Shown here: piece after piece, positions 1-9,019 of the stretch | How the letters are laid out: each line of letters starts with the position of its first letter | Position numbering within the stretch: position 1 is the first letter of the stretch | Assembly (NCBI GenBank): GCA_963805855.1 | Contig: CAWDVW010000006.1 | Coordinates: 260,876-324,875 of the forward strand | Length of the DNA: 64,000 nucleotides | Reading direction: 5' to 3' | Origin: Candidatus Dadabacteria bacterium | Lineage (GTDB): Bacteria > Desulfobacterota_D > UBA1144 > Nemesobacterales > CSP1-2 | The notes under the pieces: model-generated | What the model was told of the DNA's origin: nothing | Seen by the model: the letters and a program-made list of their open reading frames with translations, nothing else | Databases searched by the model: none | Program-made: the position numbers and the translations under genes

Positions 1-189
1 GTCCATTAAATTTGCAGAAGGACCAATCGTCCAGCCATACTTGCGATGGTATCTCCAATGGCGGCTGATATTGAGGTCATAACCGGAGAGACGAAACCCT
101 AACTCGATGATGCCAAGAAAGAAAACGAGGTAAGATAACAATAGTGGAGTCTTATACAGAACGTCTTTGTTCGTAACTTTCTTAGCCAT
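1..189 (-). CDS. N-terminal part of a membrane-anchored protein, possibly SGNH/GDSL hydrolase-like; runs off the window edge
   Basis: Manual translation from ATG at 189: MAKKVTNKDVLYKTPLLLSYLVFFLGIIELGFRLSGYDLNISRHWRYHRKYGW..., open to base 1. TM helix + ELGFRL...GW is typical of SGNH-type proteins in polysaccharide loci. Confidence 0.55.
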   Translation of the reverse strand, partial: MAKKVTNKDVLYKTPLLLSYLVFFLGIIELGFRLSGYDLNISRHWRYHRKYGWTIGPSANLMD

Positions 190-394
190 GTTGCTCACTG
201 AGGTGAAGACAGTACATTGCAATCCGCGCCACACCACAAACAATGCGCATTCACTGTAAATGGATTAAAATTTTTAATTAACCCTCTTTCATATTGCCAC
301 CTCTCACCGTACTCATCTCTCATCTTTGAAGCACAGCCTGGACTCACCTTGGCGGCGCTCACCTAGCATTTAGCGACTTCTGTGTCTTTGCTCC

Positions 395-1492
395 TCATGA
401 TTCATATTTAACGTCAATGTCAACATTTGAACTTGAATTGTTGGCTAATTCCCTCTCGGATTTTATTTTCATACTCTTCGCAGAATCTTCTTTAGCCGCC
501 ATGATTCCTTTAATTTTGCATGCCTTAAATGTCCACTTGTATGCGTTGTGTAAAAGCCGTGATGTTAAATTATCTTGGCTAAATCCATAAGTAGTGTTCA
601 AATTGGCGATTTTGTCTAATTCAAAGGTTGACCTGATTTTTGCATTAAAGATAGGACGAATTACTTCCCATTCCTCCTCACTTCCCATGACCTCCGCCCA
701 CTTATGAAGCCCTGGATCCTGATGCAATCTACTTAAGATATACTGATCTCTTCCGCGAAGTATAAGACGTTTGCAAAAATCATGAAGTGTAATGGCACGA
801 TTCGCCATACTAACCGCTTTAGCGTTGTAGACAACCTTTAGGTTATATCGGGACAGACGGAATCCAAGCTCGATATCTTCACAAATACGCACAATGGGAT
901 TAAAAACGCCATATTCAATTAAAAACGACCTCTTACAAGAAAGCCTTCCTGCCCAGAAATAGGTATAATCAAGAATATCTCCATGTTTTATATTTGGATA
1001 TGAAAAAAGTAAATGGCCGACTTCAGTTATATAATGCATTAATGGTGTAAGTGTAAGACTTGGCGACCAGCCCGTATAATTCAATACGGCGTAGTTATCG
1101 TCTGGATATTTATCATGAGAATTTATATGTTCTTCTAAAAGAGTTGGTGTTGCTATGTCATCATCGTCTAGAAAAAACAAGATTCTCCCTTGAGCTGCAT
1201 ATATACCATGATTCTTAGCTGAAGAACGACCCGCATTTTTTTGATAGAAGTATTTGATCGGGAGTCGATCAAAAAATGAATATACATTCTCCTTTGTCTG
1301 ATCATCAGACCCGTCGTCAATTATTATGACCTCGTAATCTTTCTTATCCAAAGTTTGTTCAACAAGACTTTCAAGTGCCGTTTTAAGAAGACTATCTCGA
1401 TTGAATGTATTTATGATGACACTAAGGTGAGGAGTATTTTTTACTGAATTCAAGTTATTATTCGGATCAGACGCACCTTTCTCGAAGGGCAT
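395..1492 (-). CDS. Glycosyltransferase family 2
   Basis: LSVIINTFNR, IIIDDGSDD, FLDDDD and EDIELGFRL motifs. Start probably MPFEKG (1492); ORF track starts at 1513. Confidence 0.9.
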   Translation of the reverse strand: MPFEKGASDPNNNLNSVKNTPHLSVIINTFNRDSLLKTALESLVEQTLDKKDYEVIIIDDGSDDQTKENVYSFFDRLPIKYFYQKNAGRSSAKNHGIYAAQGRILFFLDDDDIATPTLLEEHINSHDKYPDDNYAVLNYTGWSPSLTLTPLMHYITEVGHLLFSYPNIKHGDILDYTYFWAGRLSCKRSFLIEYGVFNPIVRICEDIELGFRLSRYNLKVVYNAKAVSMANRAITLHDFCKRLILRGRDQYILSRLHQDPGLHKWAEVMGSEEEWEVIRPIFNAKIRSTFELDKIANLNTTYGFSQDNLTSRLLHNAYKWTFKACKIKGIMAAKEDSAKSMKIKSERELANNSSSNVDIDVKYES

Positions 1493-2168
1493 TTTTTTTC
1501 TTCTGTGGCGCATTTGTTAAACGGTTTACTGAAGGTAAAAATAGCTTGAAAACATCGAAAGGCCTACAAATTTTCGTACTGCTAAATGGTTGATGTACCC
1601 AATCTCCAAGTAAATCGTGCCCACCCAATTTCTGAAAGATAGCAAAGTTTTCCCGAGTCTCTAATTTTTCCCATTTGGGATCATTCAGCATAAATTTTAC
1701 CAGAATATGACAGCTTATTATGTCAGTATCGTCGATAAACATCAAGCCACCTTGTTTTAGAAGCTCTGCACAGTAAAACCAGTCAACTATTGGGAAGGGG
1801 AATCTATGAGCTCCGTCAATAAAGGCAATATCGTATTTTTCCCCGGAGATTCTTGGTAAAAGGTTGGGAGAATTGCCAATCGAGAATTCAAAACTGGCCA
1901 GAGATACGTCTAATTTACGGCAATAAGCTGTTATACGATTAACTTCATCTTGGGAGGAGACAATACTAGTATGGATGGAAGCATTGGTTATACAGAAATA
2001 CCACGTGGTATAACCGGCTCCCGTCTCTGTTGTATGCATTCTTGGATTTAAGTAGTGGTCGAGAAACCTCAACAATTGCAAATTCGAATTCCACGATATT
2101 AAATTACCTTTCTCATCAAGCTGAAGTAATGGAAGGGCACTTTCTAATCTGTTTACTATTTGAGCCAT
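1467..2168 (-). CDS. Class I SAM-dependent methyltransferase (Methyltransf_24-like)
   Basis: ETGAGYTT glycine motif; YDIAFIDGAH...LKQGGLMFIDD. Confidence 0.85.
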   Translation of the reverse strand: MAQIVNRLESALPLLQLDEKGNLISWNSNLQLLRFLDHYLNPRMHTTETGAGYTTWYFCITNASIHTSIVSSQDEVNRITAYCRKLDVSLASFEFSIGNSPNLLPRISGEKYDIAFIDGAHRFPFPIVDWFYCAELLKQGGLMFIDDTDIISCHILVKFMLNDPKWEKLETRENFAIFQKLGGHDLLGDWVHQPFSSTKICRPFDVFKLFLPSVNRLTNAPQKKKNALRERCV

Positions 2169-2353
2169 TTTTTATAATCACGCGAGTACTTTCATCTATA
2201 AAACCATAACTTGAAATCCCAGGCTTTTAATCCTGGGGAAAAATCTTTCCCTTAGCATAGCTCAGGTAAATTTTCGACATGCACTACGAAAACTAAGCAA
2301 GTCAGAAGGACGAATCGTTGGCCTTTAAACCGAGTAATGATTCACTTTTCATC

Positions 2354-3070
2354 CTATGAATACGACTCCAATATTCTAAATGCTTCTCCTTTCGATAAGT
2401 GAGGGTTCCGTGACAAATAGTCTTCCATATTTTTATTGGCTTTGTTATAGTCGTAGTTTGTAACAGGTTTTCTCATGCTATGATCTACAGGGGTAGCATC
2501 TATTATACCCATTCTCAAGCCCATCTTTTCGATTAGATAGGGCCACACGAAGTCGTAACCCCAACCCATGTAATTACTCTCATCGAAAGGGAAAATCAGT
2601 GAATATATATCGTGTCGCACAGAAAATAGCGGTCCAATCTCAACATATCGAGTCCTTCTAGCCTTCAACCCAGAAAGCTGCCTGACAAAGTGGAAGTCTA
2701 TATAGCTTTCATGGGTTCTTGCTGGTTGAGCGAGCGCAAAATCATATCTAGCAACCAACTGGAGATAAGATTCTAGAAAATTATCAGGCAATGCAATATC
2801 ATCATCACAAATAATCACGAAATCATAATGATCTAGATCTTCTTTTAGTAGCATCTTATTTAATAACACGAATTTGGGTAGTCCATCCTGAAAATCCATC
2901 TCTGTTACTTTTCTGACGTCTTCCGAAGAGATCTCTCCTCCTATGTTAATCCACTTCTGTTTCAATTTCCACTTACAGGACTTATTAAATTCGTTAACTA
3001 GATGCCCTATATTGTTTTTTTGCTTTGAAAGATAAATGCCTAATATTAAAATTGACACGTTACTTGGCAT
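2354..3070 (-). CDS. GT-A fold / DUF707-like putative glycosyltransferase
   Basis: YDFVIICDDDI, LAQPA, YVEIGPLFS, GWGYDFVW motifs. Start probably MPSNV (ORF track 3094). Confidence 0.7.
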   Translation of the reverse strand: MPSNVSILILGIYLSKQKNNIGHLVNEFNKSCKWKLKQKWINIGGEISSEDVRKVTEMDFQDGLPKFVLLNKMLLKEDLDHYDFVIICDDDIALPDNFLESYLQLVARYDFALAQPARTHESYIDFHFVRQLSGLKARRTRYVEIGPLFSVRHDIYSLIFPFDESNYMGWGYDFVWPYLIEKMGLRMGIIDATPVDHSMRKPVTNYDYNKANKNMEDYLSRNPHLSKGEAFRILESYS

Positions 3071-3137
3071 AAAAATCCCTCGTGAAGAAGTCACTTGAAA
3101 TAACCCGACAGTTATTTAGATTCGCGTGCGACGAAAA

Positions 3138-5858
3138 TTACCCAGCATCAAGCACGTCACCAAATTTCAAACTCATTTCGTCGTGCAATTGGTGCTCCTG
3201 TATCGAGTGAAAAATCTCAGCAAGCTTTTTACTGATAATTTCTTTAGAATAGTTTTTTTCAATATGTTCAATAGATTGTATAGAAATTTTATTCCAAAGC
3301 AACTCATCCGTATATAATCTTGCTACAGCATCTGCAAATCCTTTTGGTTCATCTGTGATAAGCGCATTTTCACCATCTACAAGTCCCATGCCTTCTGCAC
3401 CAATTTTAGTGGTCACCACCGGCAGACCACAAGCCATGCTTTGTCCAATTTTACCCTTCATTCCTGAACCGTAGCGTAAGGGCGCAACAAATACACGACA
3501 ATTCTTAAAGTAAGGGGTTACATCTTTCACGTACCCTGTTACTAAGATATCCTCTGAATGGAGTTGTTGAATTGATTTTGGGGGGTTACTACCAATTATG
3601 AAGAATTTCATATCTTCTATCTTGTTTTTAACTATTGGCAGTATTTCTCTGATAAAGTAAATAACAGCGTCCTCGTTCGGCCGATGAAAAAATCCACCTA
3701 TAAACATTATATTTTTTCTTTCTTCAAATGTTCTGTCTACTTTGACAACATCGTGAACGTTTGGTACTACTTCTACCTTAAGTTCCGGGATTTCCTTTAA
3801 CAAAAGTTCTTTTTCATCTTCAGTTACAGTAAATACGGTGTCAGAGCAAGCAGAATTAAAAAGTTCCATAGATTTATAATGATTGGCCTCATGAAGCAGC
3901 GCCTCCTTTCCGCTAACCGTCGCAGCTCTTTTCAATCTCAACCAGTGAAGGTCGACCGTATCATATATGATGCTACTATTTATGGCATAGGCCCTAATAT
4001 AGGGTATATATTTAAATGCAATTTCTGGTCTTGATAAAATTACAAAAGTAAAAATGTGTCCAATTTTTTGTAGGTATTTCTCGAAATCAACTGTTGCATC
4101 TAATATAGTTATTCCTATTTGGTGAAGTTCGCTCGAATACGGTTCCGTCTTCTTACAGTCATCGGGGAGAAAGGCGACCTTGAAGCCGATTTCATTTAGT
4201 ATTCTTAACATTGAATACATTCTTAAGGATCCAGAGTCCTTATCATACGTAGGTACAAATCGATCAATTACAAGAATCCACTCATCTTCTTCTGATACAG
4301 TAACGATTATATCTCTCAAACCTATATCATCTTCAAATGTTATTTCCTTTGATTCTTTAATAGCCCTTGAGGGGTTTTTAAATTCTTTCAGTTTCTCCTT
4401 CGTTTTAAGGACAAACATTGACCATCCTTGGAACGTAATTGTTTTAATGCTTTTCCAAAACAATTCATAGGTAGACCGCCTAAAGGTCCCAACCGGCATA
4501 ACTCTAGCTTCCAAGCTACGGAATTTGGCTATCAACCGCCAACCAATACTGCTGTTAGCATCTAGCCAAAATTGATAAAGCGACTCTTTTTCCATAGCCA
4601 TCTCTTCCACAGTCTTCTGCTTGTCATTCACGACAACTCGAAGCTGCCCAACTCGTTCCGTTAACCGTTCTATCTCATCCGTTAGTAGATTCTCCTGTTG
4701 CTTTTGCTCTCCTAGTGCCTCTGCAAGTTGAGCTACGTGCTGCTCTTTGTCGGCGAGTAACTGCTGAAGTTGAGCTACGTGCTGCTCTTTGTCTGCGAGT
4801 GACTGCTGAAGTTGAGCTACGTGCTGCTCTTTGTCTGCGAGTGACTGCTGAAGTTGAGCTACATGCTGCTCTTTGTCTGCGAGTGACTGCTGTTGTAATT
4901 TTATTGTTATTGAAAAGTTGTTGATTTGTTGATCCTTGCTTATCAAAACACTTTCTAACTGCGCCCTCGGTTCTTCATGATGGAACCGTTCGAGCAGCCT
5001 GGAAAACTTGCTAATGTTTTCTGATATCAAATTCTCCGGTCGACGATCCGAAGTTGAAGGTACAAATCCTTCCGTCGTAAGAGCACGCAGGCCAATGTAA
5101 AATAACTTATGTTCGGTTGTAAGCTTGTCTTCGTTTAAGAGTTCGAATGTTTCACAAGTATGGTGTCTTAACTCATGGAAAATTGTTTCATGAAGTTTGG
5201 ATAGATCGTTAGGCCTTTGTAGCCCACAGAACTCAACTAATTTGCTGATTTCCCGTGCCCAATCGTTAAAAAAGTCCTCATAAAAAGTAAAAATCCTGAG
5301 ACAGCCTTCCGTATCCCGAATGGCTGCTTGCATATACTGATTCCAGAGCAATAGACCTTTTTGCATAGAGAATTTGTCGCGCCTAGCCAAGGACTTGGCG
5401 ATTTCTAACGGGCTTCGAACACAGATTACGAATCGTAGATCAGGAATGAGTAATTTCCAGAATGGAAGTAGGATAGTTGCCCGGGGGTCTTTCCATCCCC
5501 ATGTTGGACTATTCGAAAAGATTTTCATTTGGTCTTTTGCTTTAAGGACAATTTGCTCTAATGAAGCATCGTACTCCCACCCCTCTTTAAATAGAGGTGG
5601 GTTATCCCAAGACCCTCCCAAGTGCGCAAGCAAAGCATCGTCGATTTCATAAGTGAAGCTCACGTTCTCGAAGTATCCCATTGGATTTGTCTCACTTGGT
5701 TCCATAAGCTGCTCAGGCGGACCTAAATCTAAACCACACAGGTTGAGCAAGCGAGCGATCATTGAAGTTCCACTGCGATGCATACCTATGATGCAGACCG
5801 CCTCATTGTTTTTTTCTTCCATATTGCTTTGCATCGAGCCACCCGTGGTAATGTCCAT
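3138..5858 (-). CDS. Fusion: sulfotransferase-like domain + coiled coil + GT4 glycosyltransferase (candidate chain terminator/length regulator)
   Basis: N-term IGMHRSGTS...WGWKDPR; central QQSLADKEQHVAQL repeats; SSIGWRL amphipathic segment; C-term DKDSGSLRM, APLRYGSGMKGK, GLPVVTTKIGAEGM. Confidence 0.85.
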   Translation of the reverse strand: MDITTGGSMQSNMEEKNNEAVCIIGMHRSGTSMIARLLNLCGLDLGPPEQLMEPSETNPMGYFENVSFTYEIDDALLAHLGGSWDNPPLFKEGWEYDASLEQIVLKAKDQMKIFSNSPTWGWKDPRATILLPFWKLLIPDLRFVICVRSPLEIAKSLARRDKFSMQKGLLLWNQYMQAAIRDTEGCLRIFTFYEDFFNDWAREISKLVEFCGLQRPNDLSKLHETIFHELRHHTCETFELLNEDKLTTEHKLFYIGLRALTTEGFVPSTSDRRPENLISENISKFSRLLERFHHEEPRAQLESVLISKDQQINNFSITIKLQQQSLADKEQHVAQLQQSLADKEQHVAQLQQSLADKEQHVAQLQQLLADKEQHVAQLAEALGEQKQQENLLTDEIERLTERVGQLRVVVNDKQKTVEEMAMEKESLYQFWLDANSSIGWRLIAKFRSLEARVMPVGTFRRSTYELFWKSIKTITFQGWSMFVLKTKEKLKEFKNPSRAIKESKEITFEDDIGLRDIIVTVSEEDEWILVIDRFVPTYDKDSGSLRMYSMLRILNEIGFKVAFLPDDCKKTEPYSSELHQIGITILDATVDFEKYLQKIGHIFTFVILSRPEIAFKYIPYIRAYAINSSIIYDTVDLHWLRLKRAATVSGKEALLHEANHYKSMELFNSACSDTVFTVTEDEKELLLKEIPELKVEVVPNVHDVVKVDRTFEERKNIMFIGGFFHRPNEDAVIYFIREILPIVKNKIEDMKFFIIGSNPPKSIQQLHSEDILVTGYVKDVTPYFKNCRVFVAPLRYGSGMKGKIGQSMACGLPVVTTKIGAEGMGLVDGENALITDEPKGFADAVARLYTDELLWNKISIQSIEHIEKNYSKEIISKKLAEIFHSIQEHQLHDEMSLKFGDVLDAG
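4725..4892. repeat. In-frame tandem repeat, 4 x 42 bp, coding QQSLADKEQHVAQL
   Basis: Unit aagttgagctacgtgctgctctttgtctgcgagtgactgctg occurs four times with 0-2 mismatches. Confidence 0.97.
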
Positions 5859-5918
5859 TTGGTGTTTTCTTCTAGTTACTTTTTTTCCTTCTTATGCTAT
5901 GCAAGATCCTCGATTTTA

Positions 5919-7328
5919 CTAAAGCGGTTTTGAGAAGTCGATCCTCATTTGGGTTGTTTTTTTTCTTTTTAATTTTAGGAGACGTCTGTATCCCACGCGT
6001 CCGGCCAGGTTATTTTCTTCGAAAGGGTCGTTATATAGATCAAAGAGGAATTCCTCTTTCCCTTGATTGTCTATATGCCTCAGATACTTATAACGATCTG
6101 TTCGAACCCCCTCGCTCTTTGCGATGCCTGGCTGTTCAAACATATGTTCATAATACCATTCATTACGGATTTTGTTTGAAGCCCCTGCCATGAGAGGAAT
6201 TAGGCTTATCCCTTGCGATAATTTCGACTGCGGGAGACCAGCTAACTCAAGGAGCGTAGGATAAAGGTCAATATTCAAGGTCATGGCGGGAACACGTTGT
6301 ACCTCAGGCTTCACTGCGGGCTTAATAATAAGAGGGATCCTAATGGACTCCTCGAATGCCCACCACTTGCCGGCAAGTCCGTGCTCGCCTAGGAGTAAAC
6401 CATTATCTGACGTGAAAACCAAACAAGTTTTGTCGTACACGTCACTTTTCTTCAAAGTCGCTACTACTTTTCCTACTACTTCGTCTAAATGTGTGATTAG
6501 CCTATAATATTGCTTTACGGAGTGTTGATACAGTTTGTCGTTTGAGAACAGCCTCTTCCAGCGTCGTCGGCCCTCAGAGTGCTGCAAAAATGCGGGCAAC
6601 CGATTAAAATGCTCTTCTGTGGCTGTAGGGGGTCGGGGTATTGTTACCTCTTCGTAGAGATGCGCAAACCTTGGATCAGATTTGAAGGGTTCAGGATCGT
6701 CGTCCTGCACATGTGGAGCCTTAGTGCTGATGGTGAGGCAGAATGGCTTACTTCCATTAATACCTTCTAGGAACTCTACGGATTGGCGACCTTGGATGGT
6801 TGTCAAGTGTTCCTGTCTGCCACCAGCCGGATCGAAATAGTAACCTTGCCCCGTAAATCCTCTCCAATAGTCAAATTCGTATTGTGGCATAGGACCACCG
6901 AGTCCCCATTTTCCTATAAAGGCGGTCTGATATCCAGCCTGCCGGAGCAGCATTGGGTACGATAACTGGAATTCTTCGTGGCTTAGAGGTGTGGAAAAAT
7001 CCCAGACGTTGTGCCGGTGGGCGTACTGTCCTGTAAGGATGCTAGCTCTGCTAGTGGGGCAAATAGAAGTGGTTACAAAATTATTTGTAAACAGGGTGCT
7101 GTCTGCTGCCAATGCATCAAGGTTTGGAGTGTGTATGATGCGGTTCCCAGTCACTCCTATTACATCCCAGCGTATATCATCTGCAAGGAAAACAACAAAA
7201 TTAAGAGGCCATTTTTTGTGAGTATCTTCACTGGGCTTCTTTATAACACCTAAACTTTGAGTACCCAGTGCCCCTGCAATGCCGCCAGTCACAATGCCGG
7301 TTATGAAAGACCTTCGATCAATTTTCAT
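5919..7328 (-). CDS. Sulfatase (formylglycine-dependent S1 family) with Tat signal peptide
   Basis: MKIDRRSFITG twin-arginine signal; FLADD, ICPTSRASILTG, GKWGL, FTSDNG, GEHG, DLYNDPFE. Confidence 0.92.
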   Translation of the reverse strand: MKIDRRSFITGIVTGGIAGALGTQSLGVIKKPSEDTHKKWPLNFVVFLADDIRWDVIGVTGNRIIHTPNLDALAADSTLFTNNFVTTSICPTSRASILTGQYAHRHNVWDFSTPLSHEEFQLSYPMLLRQAGYQTAFIGKWGLGGPMPQYEFDYWRGFTGQGYYFDPAGGRQEHLTTIQGRQSVEFLEGINGSKPFCLTISTKAPHVQDDDPEPFKSDPRFAHLYEEVTIPRPPTATEEHFNRLPAFLQHSEGRRRWKRLFSNDKLYQHSVKQYYRLITHLDEVVGKVVATLKKSDVYDKTCLVFTSDNGLLLGEHGLAGKWWAFEESIRIPLIIKPAVKPEVQRVPAMTLNIDLYPTLLELAGLPQSKLSQGISLIPLMAGASNKIRNEWYYEHMFEQPGIAKSEGVRTDRYKYLRHIDNQGKEEFLFDLYNDPFEENNLAGRVGYRRLLKLKRKKTTQMRIDFSKPL

Positions 7329-7471
7329 GGGTCAATCTCATAGTGCCTGTTTGTGGCTACGCTCTTGTATATTATCGTAAATTGAATATACCCTTAAGTC
7401 AGGAATATCGTCATTATTTGACTCTGACACCCAAAAGAATAAAGAACCTTCGGATGTTTTGTATAATCTCA

Positions 7472-8755
7472 CTATAACAGCTTCCATTCAATTGTTGCTT
7501 CGGGATCGAATAACCCAACATGGAGTTGATCGGCTATAATCTGAAATGCCATGTAATCAAATCGACGATCGTATACCACATATTCCCCTTCTTCATAAGC
7601 CGCGGCTCCAAGGCAAAGGAGATACTCTCCAGGATTGATATTAATTCTCTGTCTGAACGTCACTAAGATCACGTCATCCTTCTCAAGCTGTCCAATCATT
7701 ACATTGTGGTAGTAGGTATTTGTTCCGCATAAAATTGTTCCTTTGGGATCTTTTATTGAGAAAGCGATGATAGCCGAAGGCATGTTTTCATTATAACGTA
7801 CCTTGATTCTTATCAGATACTCATGGTTTCGTTCCAATACCTGAACCGGTTCGCTATTCAGGGTGAAAATGCCGGCTTCTAATATTTCAGCCTTTTTAGT
7901 TCCATACCGATCTTCATTTGGGTTGACCTTAAATAGTTCCTGCCACTCCACTTCTCCGGATGGGGATTTATCTTGTGAATTGATATTATCGGATTTTCTA
8001 GTTTTTGACGTAAGGGCTATCTCGCTCCTGGAAACAATCAGCCTATTGTATTCATCTACAACCGGTTTGGGCTTGCCCTCTGCGATCAAGGCACCCCTAT
8101 CGAACAGCAGAGCTCGATCACAAAAAGTCGTGATCAGATTCAAACTATGAGTCACAAATACGATGGTTACTCCTTTATCCTTGAATTCTTGAAACTTTGC
8201 AAAGCACCTCGCTTGGAACAGAGCATCTCCAACAGAAAGGGCTTCATCCACGATCAGAATGTCTGGGTCAATATTTATTGCAGCAGCAAAAGCCAAGCGC
8301 ACAAACATTCCGGTTGAATATGTTTTTACCGGCTGGTCAATAAACTTCCCAATCTCAGCAAAAGCCTCAATCTTAGGAAAACGCCGGTCCATCTCATCCC
8401 GATTGAATCCCATCAAGGCCCCGTTCATAAGAACATTTTCACGACCCGAAAATTCCGGGTTAAAGCCAGCGCCTAGTTCTAACAGCGCAGCGATACGACC
8501 GTTAACTTTTACTGATCCATTTGTCGGCTGGAGCACACCGCATATTATCTTCAACATTGTACTCTTGCCACTCCCGTTTTGACCAATTATACCAATGTGC
8601 TGGCCTTTCTCTACGTTGAAAGACACATCATTGAGGGCATGGAAAGCCTGATGAAATCTCTTTCCGTCGGTACTAAAGACCTCGCGCAGTCGGTCCTTGG
8701 GCGAATTATACAATTTGTAAATTTTGGTAACGTTATTGACTTCGATCGCATTCAT
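7472..8755 (-). CDS. wzt: Polysaccharide ABC exporter ATP-binding subunit with C-terminal Wzt_C-type carbohydrate-binding domain
   Basis: GQNGSGKST, YSTGMFVRLAFA, ILIVDEALSVGD; ~170-aa C-terminal extension starting near RYGTKKAEI. Start probably MNAIEV (8755). Confidence 0.93.
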   Translation of the reverse strand: MNAIEVNNVTKIYKLYNSPKDRLREVFSTDGKRFHQAFHALNDVSFNVEKGQHIGIIGQNGSGKSTMLKIICGVLQPTNGSVKVNGRIAALLELGAGFNPEFSGRENVLMNGALMGFNRDEMDRRFPKIEAFAEIGKFIDQPVKTYSTGMFVRLAFAAAINIDPDILIVDEALSVGDALFQARCFAKFQEFKDKGVTIVFVTHSLNLITTFCDRALLFDRGALIAEGKPKPVVDEYNRLIVSRSEIALTSKTRKSDNINSQDKSPSGEVEWQELFKVNPNEDRYGTKKAEILEAGIFTLNSEPVQVLERNHEYLIRIKVRYNENMPSAIIAFSIKDPKGTILCGTNTYYHNVMIGQLEKDDVILVTFRQRININPGEYLLCLGAAAYEEGEYVVYDRRFDYMAFQIIADQLHVGLFDPEATIEWKLL

Positions 8756-8766
8756 GTTCAAACTCA

Positions 8767-8801
8767 CAAGATGCATGATTCAAGATTCATGATGCACGAT
8801 A
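8767..8801. repeat. 7-bp degenerate tandem array (5 units), one arm of an inverted pair
   Basis: caagatg catgatt caagatt catgatg cacgata; reverse complement resembles the 8969-9010 array. Confidence 0.8.
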
Positions 8802-8857
8802 TACCAGGCACGATGATTTTTTATAATTGCCTCTCTGAAGTTAAATCGCTTTGCATC

Positions 8858-8950
8858 TTATCTCCCATCGCTATTACTAAGCTCATCAAAAACTTCTTTT
8901 TTAAGAAATTCTGTCTCATTCAGTATCTCTAAATGAACTTTACTTTCATC
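8858..8950 (-). pseudogene. Remnant resembling the C-terminal half of a four-helix-bundle (IVP/TIGR02436-like) protein
   Basis: Manual translation DESKVHLEILNETEFLKKEVFDELSNSDGR*; no start; enclosed by inverted 7-mer arrays. Confidence 0.5.
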
Positions 8951-8968
8951 GCGATTTCGCCTTTTTCG

Positions 8969-9010
8969 TCCTGTATCCTGCATCATGTATCCTGTATCAT
9001 GCATCCTGTA
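8969..9010. repeat. 7-bp tandem array (6 units), other arm of the inverted pair
   Basis: tcctgta tcctgca tcatgta tcctgta tcatgca tcctgta. Confidence 0.9.
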
Positions 9011-9019
9011 CTTTCATTG

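Noticed and set aside
2213-2238. IS200/IS605-like end hairpin (aaatcccaggcttttaatcctgggga)
   Set aside because: Single short hairpin with no tnpA/tnpB or partner end; could be a terminator or chance
4725-4892. CRISPR array
   Set aside because: Units are contiguous with no spacers and lie in frame in a coding sequence; no cas genes seen
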